From assembly GCA_027310405.1 (NCBI GenBank), contig DAIDAX010000002.1, positions 1 to 50,216 on the forward strand: DNA of 50,216 nt. Reading direction: 5' to 3'. Positions 15,719 to 24,996 of this stretch are shown here, one piece after another (within the stretch, counting starts at the first letter, position 1; every line of letters begins with the position of its first letter). Origin of the DNA: a bacterium. Lineage in GTDB: Archaea; Aenigmatarchaeota; Aenigmatarchaeia; CG10238-14; SCSR01. The notes below the pieces were generated by a model, which saw nothing but the letters and a program-made list of their open reading frames with translations, had not been told where the DNA came from and did not search any database. The position numbers and the translations under genes are program-made.

Positions 15719-18430
15719 ATGGAAATCGTTTTTCAACTTCTAGACTGTGATTATGTTCTGCTTGATGGATTGCCTCTAGTGAGAATTTTTGGAAAAACCG
15801 AGGAAGGAAAATCCACATGCATCTTCGTGAAAAACTATTTTCCATATTTTTATATCCAAGTCTCAGAAGAAAGGAAACAAGAACTCAAAACTTTTCTTGA
15901 CAAAAAATTCAAAAACCAAATTCTAAAAATAGAAGAAGTAGAAAAATTTATCCCAGCAGGGTATCAAGAAAGCAAAACCAAATTACAGAAAATAATTTCC
16001 AAAGACCCATCACAAGTCCCTATGATAAGAGACGAGTTATCGAACCAAAAGTTTGTGGAAAAGATTTTTGAGGCTGATATACTTTTCAAATATAGATTCA
16101 TGGCAGACTGGAATTTGTTTGGCATGCGTTGGTACAAAGTGAACGGAACCAAGATGAAAACACAGACAGTAAAGGCGGATTACCCAATTGAACTCGAGTC
16201 AATCGAAGAGGTACAGGATAAACAAAGCAGTTTTAAATTCCTAAGTGTTGACATAGAAACGATTTCGGAAGAAGGGTTGCCTGATGCGACAAAGGATCAG
16301 ATTGCAATAATTAGTTTAGCATTCGAACCAGAGTTCAATGGGCATTCAGCAATTGTTCTTGTTGCTAAGCCAACTGCCAGACACAATGGGGACATTCAGG
16401 TTTTCAAAAACGAAAAAGAAATGTTACAGGAATTTGGGAAAATAATTTCGAACTACGATCCAGACATGATAATAGGCTACAACGTAAATAATTTTGACAT
16501 ACCTTTCATATCGGAAAGATTTTCTCAAAACAAATTATCGAAAACCCTAGGCCGAGACAATCAAAAACCTCTCATGTCGCATAAAATCGCAGGAAGTTTT
16601 AGAAATTCAATAATTGGAAGAACAATTGTCGATGTGTACGATCTGGTAAAAGAAACTCAAATTAAAACACAACTTGCAGAGAAAGGTTTCTCCAAACTTA
16701 AACGATACGGACTAGACGATGTAGCAAAAGAACTTTTGAAGGAAGGTAAAGTCGAAATTATCAAAAGTGACATTCCGAAAATGTGGAATGGAAATTCGGA
16801 TCAGATAAAACTTTTGCTTGATTATGCAAGAAAGGATGCAGAACTTGCACTGAAGCTTCTCATCAGAATTTCGATGCTTGACAAATTCGTAGAAATTTCA
16901 AAAGTTTCTGGATTGCTACTTCAGGATTCGTTAGACGGCGGGGAAGCCACACGAGTTGAAAACATATTGTTGAGAAAATTTGATAAAGAAGATTTTGTTT
17001 TACCGCTAAAGCCGAGCTCCAACGAAATTTTAAAACGAAGCGAAGACAGAATATCACGTGGATTCAAGGGGGCGTTGGTGCTTGAACCAATCGCGGGGTT
17101 GCATACAACTCCGATAATTTATCTCGACTTCAAGTCAATGTATCCGTCAATCTTCATCGCATACAATCTTTGTCCATCAACTGTAATTATTAAACCAACA
17201 AACGTTACCGACGTAATAGAAACTCCGAACAAAGTCAAGTTTGTCGGCAAATCTGTGCGAGAAGGCGTAATGCCGAAAGTGGTAAGAGAACTCATAGAAG
17301 AGCGTGATAAAGTTCGCGCAGAGGCAAAGAAAACAAAGGACGAAAGCAAGAAAAAAATCCTCGAAGCAAAACAAATTGCGCTAAAGTATATGACCAACTC
17401 TTTCTATGGCTATACCGGATACGAGAGAGCCCGATTGTACATGCTCGATATAGCAACGTCGATTACTGCATGTGGACGGTTCCTAATTGAAAAAACAAAA
17501 TCTCTTGTCGAAGAAGACAAAACGCTGAAAGTCGTTTACGGTGACACAGATTCGATTATGGTAAAGACGAGCTTATCCAATATTGACGAAGCTTTTGCAA
17601 CCGGTCTTCAACTTGAGAAAAAGGTGAACAAAGCCCTGGAAGGAATCATTCAAATAAAGATAGAAAGCGTCTTCGGATCGTTACTTATTCTTTCGAAGAA
17701 AAGATACGCTGGTCTAAGTTACGAAAAATCGGAAGATGGCTGGAAAGAAAAACTGACTATGAAAGGAATAGAAACTGTCAGACGCGACTGGTGTGACTTG
17801 ACGAGCGAGACACTAAGAATAATTCTCGAAATAATTTTGCGAGAGAAAAATCCGAAGAAAGCTCTGAACTACATGAGAGATGTTATACGAAAGTTAGACA
17901 GGAACGAGATTCCGGTAGAAAAATTGGTGATAACAAAATCAATCACGAAATCGATACGCGCGTACAAAGGAATACAGCCACATGTAGAACTTTTGAAAAA
18001 ACTCAAGAAACGAGATGAAGCTTCCGCTCCAGGAATCGGAGACAGAATAGGTTTTGTCATCATTCATGGCACTCAGCTTCTGTCTGAACGTTCGGAAGAT
18101 CCAGAATATGTCAAGATACACAAACTGAAAGTTGATTCGAAATACTACATCGAAAACCAAATTCTTCCGCCACTCGAAAGAGTGTTTGAAGCAATAGGAA
18201 TTTCAAAATCAGAAATTCTTCACGCCGGAAAACAACTTCTTTTAACTGACTCGATTAAGAACGGCATAACAAAACCAGAGAATCAAGTACTGCACGAGAT
18301 TGACGGATTCATTTGTGACAAATGCAATAAGACCTACACACTGATGCCGATGATAGGAAAATGTTTTGACTGCGGCGGAGAAATCGAATTCTACAAAGGA
18401 GAGAACAAGGCAAGGTATTTCTCGCCATGA
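15719..18430 (+). CDS. polB: family B DNA polymerase (PolB) with C-terminal C4 zinc ribbon
   Basis: Exo I FLSVDIET, Exo II IIGYNVNNFDIPF, Exo III YARKDAELAL, Pol A YLDFKSMYPSI, Pol B KYMTNSFYGYTG, Pol C VVYGDTDSIMV, KKRYAG. The C-terminal extension is CDKC..(14 aa)..CFDC. No intein. Confidence 0.95.
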   Translation: MEIVFQLLDCDYVLLDGLPLVRIFGKTEEGKSTCIFVKNYFPYFYIQVSEERKQELKTFLDKKFKNQILKIEEVEKFIPAGYQESKTKLQKIISKDPSQVPMIRDELSNQKFVEKIFEADILFKYRFMADWNLFGMRWYKVNGTKMKTQTVKADYPIELESIEEVQDKQSSFKFLSVDIETISEEGLPDATKDQIAIISLAFEPEFNGHSAIVLVAKPTARHNGDIQVFKNEKEMLQEFGKIISNYDPDMIIGYNVNNFDIPFISERFSQNKLSKTLGRDNQKPLMSHKIAGSFRNSIIGRTIVDVYDLVKETQIKTQLAEKGFSKLKRYGLDDVAKELLKEGKVEIIKSDIPKMWNGNSDQIKLLLDYARKDAELALKLLIRISMLDKFVEISKVSGLLLQDSLDGGEATRVENILLRKFDKEDFVLPLKPSSNEILKRSEDRISRGFKGALVLEPIAGLHTTPIIYLDFKSMYPSIFIAYNLCPSTVIIKPTNVTDVIETPNKVKFVGKSVREGVMPKVVRELIEERDKVRAEAKKTKDESKKKILEAKQIALKYMTNSFYGYTGYERARLYMLDIATSITACGRFLIEKTKSLVEEDKTLKVVYGDTDSIMVKTSLSNIDEAFATGLQLEKKVNKALEGIIQIKIESVFGSLLILSKKRYAGLSYEKSEDGWKEKLTMKGIETVRRDWCDLTSETLRIILEIILREKNPKKALNYMRDVIRKLDRNEIPVEKLVITKSITKSIRAYKGIQPHVELLKKLKKRDEASAPGIGDRIGFVIIHGTQLLSERSEDPEYVKIHKLKVDSKYYIENQILPPLERVFEAIGISKSEILHAGKQLLLTDSIKNGITKPENQVLHEIDGFICDKCNKTYTLMPMIGKCFDCGGEIEFYKGENKARYFSP

Positions 18431-18990
18431 GCATAACTGATTTGGATTTGCAGATTCTGCAATTTTTCAATGTAAGCCTTTCCCCAACAATTAACACGCT
18501 CGTCGTTATTCTTTCGTACACAATTTACGCATACGTTTTGATCATGGCGTTTTATCTTTACAGGAAAAAAGACAAGAGAACCTTTGTGCATTTTCTGCTT
18601 TCTGTAGTTACAGGATTTATTTTCGTGTACATTCTGAAGTATGCAATTAATCGACCGAGGCCTTACGTTTCATATCCAAACATTATTACTCCGCTAGCAC
18701 AAGAATCTTCTCCATCTTTTCCATCTAGTCATGCATTCTTTTCTTTTTTGATGATGCGTTTCATTCCGAAAAACTTTTCAAAAATTTACAAAATTCTCAA
18801 CATTCTATACTTGATTTCTGTTTCGCTCAGTGTTCTTTACATTGGTGAACATTATCCATCGGATGTTCTAGTCGGTGCAATACTCGGCTACATCTTCCCA
18901 TATTTTATTACGGAAAAAATTTCTACAAGAATTTGGAATTTCTTCGCTACAAAAGTTCCATTACTAGACAAGCTTCTCAAGCCGCTCTAG
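18427..18990 (+). CDS. PAP2-family (polyprenyl-diphosphate/lipid) phosphatase
   Basis: PAP2 motifs KYAINRPRP, PSSH and GEHYPSDVLVG. Polytopic. ATGA overlap with the polB stop. Confidence 0.8.
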   Translation: MSITDLDLQILQFFNVSLSPTINTLVVILSYTIYAYVLIMAFYLYRKKDKRTFVHFLLSVVTGFIFVYILKYAINRPRPYVSYPNIITPLAQESSPSFPSSHAFFSFLMMRFIPKNFSKIYKILNILYLISVSLSVLYIGEHYPSDVLVGAILGYIFPYFITEKISTRIWNFFATKVPLLDKLLKPL

Positions 18991-20628
18991 AATTGCAGTG
19001 TAAGCCGGTCTAGTGATGAATATTCCTATCAGAACTCCGAGAATTGTTGTTATCGCAAATCCACGAAGAGTTCCAAGTCCCAAAACAATCAAAGGAATCA
19101 TCGCAGTGATGACTATCGCTGCAGAATTGTAAATCATGTTCATCGCAGTCTTGTATCTGTACTTAACTGTCTGTTCGCTTTCCAAAAGCATCTGGTCAGT
19201 TATGATTATTAACTGATTTACTCCGACACCAATCAATGCAATCAAACCAGCGACAGCAGGAATGTCAATGTCCCAACCGTTTCCACCGCTGAGAACTTGC
19301 GTCAACGCATAAAATCCGAGAACGATTGTCACTTCTGAAAAACTTGTGAGTATCATCGGTATTGCAATTTTTATTTTTCTGTATCGGATCATGATGATTA
19401 TGCTTACCGAAATCGCTGCGGCAATTGCTACAACAAATGTAGAATTAATCAGTTGTTGTCCTGCTGTCTGAGTTATCGTGTCGACTTTTACAATTTCTAA
19501 CTGTACCGGCAAACTTCCAGAACGCAGAGTTGACTGCAATCGCAAACTTTCTGTAAGCGCATCGTTTTGTGTTTGTTGAACTCCTTGGATAGAAGCAACA
19601 GTTGTTACTTGTCCAGCGATGTTCGATGCAATGTTCAGCTGACTGATAATTTGATTGTCTAAAAGTAAAACGAGCTGCGGAGTTATGTAGCTCTGTCCGC
19701 CAATGTAAACTGTTGGTTGATTCGATGTCAGTGTTGCAAATCTTTGTGCAGCTGTTTGTGTGAGTTGTATCGAAAATGTGAACTGCCAACCGCCCTGAAC
19801 TTGTTGAATGCTGCTATACTGCGCACTATTCAAAACAGTAACGATGTCGCTTCCCTGCAAAACATCTCCGTAAATGAATGCCGTGAAATTTGTTGTATTC
19901 AAAAACTGAAAGTTGAATCCATCAAGAACAAAATTTTGTCCTGGTTGTACAGCAGTTCCGTTAATAATAATCGAAGAATTTGTCACACCGAAACTAAATT
20001 TGTTGTTTCCAATTGTGAAAGGTACAGCATTGTTTGAAACTTGTATCTGGTACAAAAGTTTTCCTTCGAACTTTCCCTGCTTCGCCAAAAAATTGCTTAT
20101 GTCGTTTCCAGTAGCCCCAGCTTCCTGAATCTGAATCAAATTCGATCCAATTGCAGAAACTCGAATGTCTTTCAATCCGTAAAAGTTTATTCTGTCGTTC
20201 AGCGTCGTGATTGTTTCAGCGATTACGTTCGGATCTGCTGTCGCGTTAACTGGTTGAAGTAGGACGCTCGTTCCACCAGAGATGTCTATTCCGAATTTCA
20301 GATTGCTTGAAGAAATATCCTTCACCAAGAATCCAAGATCTCCGTTTGCAATTGCAGTGCACGCCACGCTGTTTCCGTTGTCTGTAAGAGAGATAGTTGA
20401 ATTTTGCGTAACGTTTTGAACGAGACTCTGGAACTGATTCGCATTTTGTATTTGCAATCCTTCCAAACCAGTTAGTATGTCTCCTTGACTCACGCAAGTT
20501 GTTCCATTTTCCACAAAACTGACTTCAACTCCTTTCTGTTTGAAAATGTATGGCGACAATATTAACAACGCAGAAATTAACACGAGGACAATGAGTATCG
20601 TCAACCTCATGTTGCTCATGAAACTCAT
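18964..20628 (-). CDS. secD: protein-export membrane protein SecD (enlarged extracytoplasmic domain)
   Basis: N-terminal TM, GIDISGGTSVLL motif, large N/Q/T-rich external domain, C-terminal 5-TM RND-like block. ATGA overlap with the secF stop. Confidence 0.85.
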   Translation of the reverse strand: MSFMSNMRLTILIVLVLISALLILSPYIFKQKGVEVSFVENGTTCVSQGDILTGLEGLQIQNANQFQSLVQNVTQNSTISLTDNGNSVACTAIANGDLGFLVKDISSSNLKFGIDISGGTSVLLQPVNATADPNVIAETITTLNDRINFYGLKDIRVSAIGSNLIQIQEAGATGNDISNFLAKQGKFEGKLLYQIQVSNNAVPFTIGNNKFSFGVTNSSIIINGTAVQPGQNFVLDGFNFQFLNTTNFTAFIYGDVLQGSDIVTVLNSAQYSSIQQVQGGWQFTFSIQLTQTAAQRFATLTSNQPTVYIGGQSYITPQLVLLLDNQIISQLNIASNIAGQVTTVASIQGVQQTQNDALTESLRLQSTLRSGSLPVQLEIVKVDTITQTAGQQLINSTFVVAIAAAISVSIIIMIRYRKIKIAIPMILTSFSEVTIVLGFYALTQVLSGGNGWDIDIPAVAGLIALIGVGVNQLIIITDQMLLESEQTVKYRYKTAMNMIYNSAAIVITAMIPLIVLGLGTLRGFAITTILGVLIGIFITRPAYTAILERLEKLV

Positions 20629-21473
20629 GGAACAATCCTCCTTCTGTGCACATGCATCTCAAGAAGTCCGGCGTTCATTATCCACGTGAATGGAAGATCG
20701 GAGAGAAAACCAATCACCAAAACTTCAGCGACGTTTACCAAAAGCGTTGAAGCAGAAATGAAAACAACAGCAGTCATCGTTATCGTTATTGTTGCGATCA
20801 ATGTCAGTCCAGTTGTAAGTGCAAGTCTGTATTTTTTTCTGAATTCTTCCGGAGTTGTTCGCAAAACCTTTGTCGTGAGCACGATATTCGTGTCGACTGT
20901 GTAAGCGATAAGCATCAATAGTGCAGCGAATCCTGCAAAACTAATTTCTATTCCGAGCAAACTCGAAACAGCAAGAGTTGTGAGAATGTTTGATAGTGCA
21001 GCGAAAACAATTGCAAAGCTCGACACGAGTTTTCTGTATACAATGAAAATTACAATACTCATCAGAACGAATGCAACTGCCAACACATCCATTACCTGCT
21101 GAAGAAACTGACTTCCAAGTTCGGGCCCGACAGTTTCTAGTGTAACAGAGTTCGTAGGAATTCCAGTGGTATTAAGCGTGTTGATTAGCGCCATTGTGTT
21201 TTCGTTTGCTCCAACTTCTATGTTCGCTCCATAGCCACCAGTTGTTCTAAGTCCTGTGACGAGAACGGATCCAAATTTGTTTCCAAGTGCCTGCTGTATT
21301 GTATTTGTATCAATCGGGGTACTTGATTGAAGCGTTATCAGTGTTCCTCCTCGAAGATCTATACTGAGGAGAAAAAAATTTCCAGTACGATAATAATTGT
21401 AAACTAGTATCGACACAGAAAAAATGAAAAGCACTACAGGAATAATCAAAAGTTTCTTCGGAGTTAATTCCAT
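20625..21473 (-). CDS. secF: protein-export membrane protein SecF
   Basis: N-terminal TM, SIDLRGGT motif, C-terminal TM bundle (DTNIVLT..). Lies immediately upstream of secD. Confidence 0.85.
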   Translation of the reverse strand: MELTPKKLLIIPVVLFIFSVSILVYNYYRTGNFFLLSIDLRGGTLITLQSSTPIDTNTIQQALGNKFGSVLVTGLRTTGGYGANIEVGANENTMALINTLNTTGIPTNSVTLETVGPELGSQFLQQVMDVLAVAFVLMSIVIFIVYRKLVSSFAIVFAALSNILTTLAVSSLLGIEISFAGFAALLMLIAYTVDTNIVLTTKVLRTTPEEFRKKYRLALTTGLTLIATITITMTAVVFISASTLLVNVAEVLVIGFLSDLPFTWIMNAGLLEMHVHRRRIVP

Positions 21474-21528
21474 TATTCAACACTAACCTTTTATTTTAAA
21501 GTATTTGCTCTACAGCATTATTTAAGGT

Positions 21529-22179
21529 ATGAAAAAAATTTCCGTCATCATTCCGACGAAGAACGAGCCATATGCCGGTACTCTCGTGAAAAGAATTAAC
21601 AAAGTTTTGAAAACCAAACACGAAATCATTATTGTAGAAAAAGGAAACAGACTTCCTAAAATTTCTGGTGCGAAAGTTTTCAGACAAAAATCTGACGGAC
21701 TTGGAAATGCTTTTCTTGAAGGATTGGAAAAATCTTCTGGAGATGTTATTGTTCTGACGGATGGAGATGGAAGCCATCGAGCTGAAGATATTCCGAAACT
21801 AATTTCTAAACTAAACAAAGCAGACATTGTTGTTGGTTCTAGATTTGTTAGCGGTGGAAAAACTTTCGACACTGCTCACAGACAATTTATCAGTTTTGTC
21901 GCTAGAAAACTTTCCTCAACTATTCTCGGAATAAATGTTAAGGACAATATGTCTGGATTTTTTGCTGCAAGAAAATTTGTTTTTAAAAAAATAAAATTGA
22001 ATCCAATAGGCTACAAAATTCTTCTCGAGCTGCTTTACAAAGCAAAGAGAAAAAATCTGAAAGCTGTCGAAGTTCCGATAATTTTTGAGCAAAGGAAGAA
22101 AGGGAAATCCAAATATGGAATGGAAGAAAATTTCCGATTGCTGAAACTTATTTTCAGTTTAAAGCTAGGACTCAGATAA
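21529..22179 (+). CDS. GT2 glycosyltransferase (dolichyl-phosphate mannose/glucose synthase-like)
   Basis: ISVIIPTKNE, VLTDGDGSH (DxD), VVGSRF, and GYKILLE are typical of the Dpm1/GtrB-like GT2 family. Confidence 0.8.
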   Translation: MKKISVIIPTKNEPYAGTLVKRINKVLKTKHEIIIVEKGNRLPKISGAKVFRQKSDGLGNAFLEGLEKSSGDVIVLTDGDGSHRAEDIPKLISKLNKADIVVGSRFVSGGKTFDTAHRQFISFVARKLSSTILGINVKDNMSGFFAARKFVFKKIKLNPIGYKILLELLYKAKRKNLKAVEVPIIFEQRKKGKSKYGMEENFRLLKLIFSLKLGLR

Positions 22180-23298
22180 AACCTTTTTGTAAATTTTCAA
22201 AACGCTTCTTCCCATGTCCTCTTTTGTGAAATATTTGTAGAATCTTTTCTTTGCATTCCTTCCAAACTTCGTTCTCAGTTTTTCTTTTTCCAAAAGTTTG
22301 TTTATCGCACCAGCAAGAGCTTCTGAATTTCGAGATTTTACCACGAATCCGGTTTCTCCGTTCTTGTTTACGAACGACATTCCACTTCCTTTCACGTCAG
22401 TTGAAATTACAGGTTTACTTACAGACATAGCTTCAATCATGGAGATTCCGAAAGCTTCTCCTCTGTTCACTGACGGAAGAACGAAGACAGTCGAAAGTTT
22501 ATACAGCGCATTCCTTTCCCTGTCTGGAAGTTCTCCTGTAAAAACAATATTACTAAACAAGCCTAGGTGGTTTGTAAGTTTTTTCAATTCGAACTCAAGT
22601 TCGCCGGATCCGACTATCACCAACTTTGCATCAGGATGTTTCTCGGAAACTTTTTTCATAGCCTCGATTAGAAAACTTAGTCCCTTATACGGAAACAATC
22701 TACCCGCAAACAGAACAACTTTCTCTCCTAAACCGTATTTCCGTTTTATTTTTTTTAGGTTCGCAAAACCTTTTAATGGATCTATCCCAATCGGAATTAT
22801 CGAAATTTTTCTCGTAAATTTTCTCAGAGTCGGAGAGCTTGAAGCATAGTTAGAACTCGTCGAAATTATTGCATCTGCATTTGACAAAACACCCTCCGAT
22901 ATCGGCGAACGAAATGCATCAAGAACTTCGTGCAAAGCAGTGTAGTACGGAACATCGGCATGATAAGTTACGACAAGCTTCTTTCGTCTAGCCAGCATGT
23001 AAAGTAACAGATAAAATTCGAGAGCAGGGTTCGGCATGTGAAAGTGAATTATGTCAGGATTTATTTTTTCTATATCCTTCCAAAAAGGCGAGACGAAAGG
23101 AGTGTATACAATTCTAAACTTTTCTTTTAACCGAATAACTTCTATTCCATTTACTCTTTCGTGTTTGTTTATCTTTCCAGCAGCAATGACAAAAACTTTG
23201 TTTCCTTCCCTTTTCGCGTATTCAGCCAAGTTGTAGGTGTAAGTTTCTATTCCACCTTTCACTGGGTAAAAAAATTTTGTTATGTGCAATATTTTCAT
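22165..23298 (-). CDS. GT4 glycosyltransferase
   Basis: MKILHITKFFYPVKGG N-terminus and GEAFGISMIEAMSVSKPVISTDV (E-x7-E region). Confidence 0.85.
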   Translation of the reverse strand: MKILHITKFFYPVKGGIETYTYNLAEYAKREGNKVFVIAAGKINKHERVNGIEVIRLKEKFRIVYTPFVSPFWKDIEKINPDIIHFHMPNPALEFYLLLYMLARRKKLVVTYHADVPYYTALHEVLDAFRSPISEGVLSNADAIISTSSNYASSSPTLRKFTRKISIIPIGIDPLKGFANLKKIKRKYGLGEKVVLFAGRLFPYKGLSFLIEAMKKVSEKHPDAKLVIVGSGELEFELKKLTNHLGLFSNIVFTGELPDRERNALYKLSTVFVLPSVNRGEAFGISMIEAMSVSKPVISTDVKGSGMSFVNKNGETGFVVKSRNSEALAGAINKLLEKEKLRTKFGRNAKKRFYKYFTKEDMGRSVLKIYKKVLSES

Positions 23299-24095
23299 TT
23301 TTTATTCTCCGTACCGCAGCTTGCGAAGTAGTTATCCGAATCAATTCTCTGGATCGTATAACCAAACTTGTCTAAAATACCTTTGACCATTTTTAGATGA
23401 GGCTTGTCCCATGCCTCGAAAGCAATCTTTGGGTGGGACGTTTTCAAAATATTTTTTGCTCCTTTCAAAACCAGTGCTTCCGCACCTTCAACATCAATCT
23501 TAATTAAGTCGACTTTTTTGATTTTCAATTTTCTAATCATGTTATCCATTGTGTCTGCTTCAACTGTTATGGCAGATTCACCTCGCTTCACTCCAAGAGA
23601 ATGCCCACCAGTGCCCTCTTTATCAATGTAGAGTTTCAGTTTTCCATTAGAATCTGAAAGAGCGATATTTTGTGGAATTACATTTTTCAATTTATTTAAT
23701 AAAATATTCTTTTTTAATATAGCAAAGTTGGATGGATGAGGTTCTACGGCTATGATTTTTCCTAATCGCCCCATCTTCTTTCCAAGAATGATGGAAAATT
23801 TCCCTATGTTCGCGCCAACATCAATGAAAACGCCATGATCAAGATTAATAAATGGTCTTAACTCTCTTTCATGGAATGAGCTACCACACCAAACAGTATA
23901 CATGTTATCACCACAGAAGAAAATTCCATCTTTCGATTTTACTGTCACATTTCCAAGTAACTTGTGATTTCGAATTATCTGAAAAAATTTCAGAATGAAA
24001 TAACTTAAAATAAAAAATTTATCTTTGTAAGTTTCACCTTGCCAAGTTATTTGGAATAGCTTTTTAATCGTCTTCAAAGACATTGGTTCTTCCAC
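23295..24095 (-). CDS. FkbM-family SAM-dependent methyltransferase
   Basis: VFIDVGANIGKFS, AVEPHP.NF, LIKIDVEGAE. Confidence 0.8.
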   Translation of the reverse strand: MEEPMSLKTIKKLFQITWQGETYKDKFFILSYFILKFFQIIRNHKLLGNVTVKSKDGIFFCGDNMYTVWCGSSFHERELRPFINLDHGVFIDVGANIGKFSIILGKKMGRLGKIIAVEPHPSNFAILKKNILLNKLKNVIPQNIALSDSNGKLKLYIDKEGTGGHSLGVKRGESAITVEADTMDNMIRKLKIKKVDLIKIDVEGAEALVLKGAKNILKTSHPKIAFEAWDKPHLKMVKGILDKFGYTIQRIDSDNYFASCGTENKK

Positions 24096-24996
24096 GACTT
24101 AATTCTTTATATAATCTTAGATGTTCTTCCGAACATCTGGACCAAGTAAATCCATTATATATCAAATATTTTCTCTGATTTGTTAGCGGCTTTATTTTCC
24201 CGCTGGATAATTTAGTAAAGAAATCTTCAAATTGTTCAGGTAAGTATATTGGCAGTTCTCCAGCGATACCGATGTTTGTAGAAAGTATGAAAGGAACTTC
24301 ACAAGACATTGCTTCCAGTAGCTGCATGGAAAACCCTTCGTACTTACTTAGTATGATAAACACATCAATCGAATTATAAAATTTTGGTAAATTATTCTCT
24401 GGCACGAATCCTAAGAATTTTACGTTATCTAAATGATTTGCATCCATCAGTCTCAATAATTTTTTCTCTTCTTGCCCTTTACCAGCTATGATGAAATCGA
24501 ATTCTCTAAATCTATCGGCAAAAGAAAGTAGAGTTTCTACAGACTTCCTTTTAGTAAGAGCCCCGACATAACCGATTACTTTTCTTTTAGTATTTGTTCT
24601 ATGTAATGGTCTAAAAAAATTCATGTCTACACCCCAATGTATCATTGAAATCTGTTTTCCTTCTATACCGTATTCTAGCAAGTCTTTATATGTAATCCAA
24701 CTCGGTACAATAAAATGTTCAGAAGAATCCAACGCCTTTTTCAAAATCTGTCTTCTTTTTATTCTACCAAGAAGACTTCCATCTTTCGCTTTGAATGGAA
24801 TTAGATCATGAATTGTTACAATATCTTTTTCATTACCAAACTGTCTTAAAGGATTAAGATAGTGTAGTATATCTGGTTTCTTTGAAGTAAGTCTAACTTT
24901 ATTTCTCAGACTCTTTCTTAGATAGTAAGCAACTTTGTAAATTCCTTGTCCTGATCCTTTGTCAAAACTTTCACAAACCAAGTTTACTTTCATCAT
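24064..24996 (-). CDS. GT4 glycosyltransferase
   Basis: VGALTKRKSVETLL, YEGFSMQLLEAMSCEVPFILS. Confidence 0.75.
   Translation of the reverse strand: MMKVNLVCESFDKGSGQGIYKVAYYLRKSLRNKVRLTSKKPDILHYLNPLRQFGNEKDIVTIHDLIPFKAKDGSLLGRIKRRQILKKALDSSEHFIVPSWITYKDLLEYGIEGKQISMIHWGVDMNFFRPLHRTNTKRKVIGYVGALTKRKSVETLLSFADRFREFDFIIAGKGQEEKKLLRLMDANHLDNVKFLGFVPENNLPKFYNSIDVFIILSKYEGFSMQLLEAMSCEVPFILSTNIGIAGELPIYLPEQFEDFFTKLSSGKIKPLTNQRKYLIYNGFTWSRCSEEHLRLYKELSRGRTNVFEDD

Noticed and set aside
19445-20497. Several 70-114-aa ORFs in other frames or strands within secD (19445-19789, 19717-20037, 20246-20497 and others)
   Set aside because: They lie entirely within a well-supported secD reading frame and have Cys/Arg/His-rich, non-protein-like composition.
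22298-22849. 183-aa antisense ORF within the GT4 gene, and the similar antisense ORF at 7436-7966 within hel308
   Set aside because: The opposite strands carry clear GT4 and helicase motifs. The antisense products are low-complexity Ser/Phe-rich sequences.
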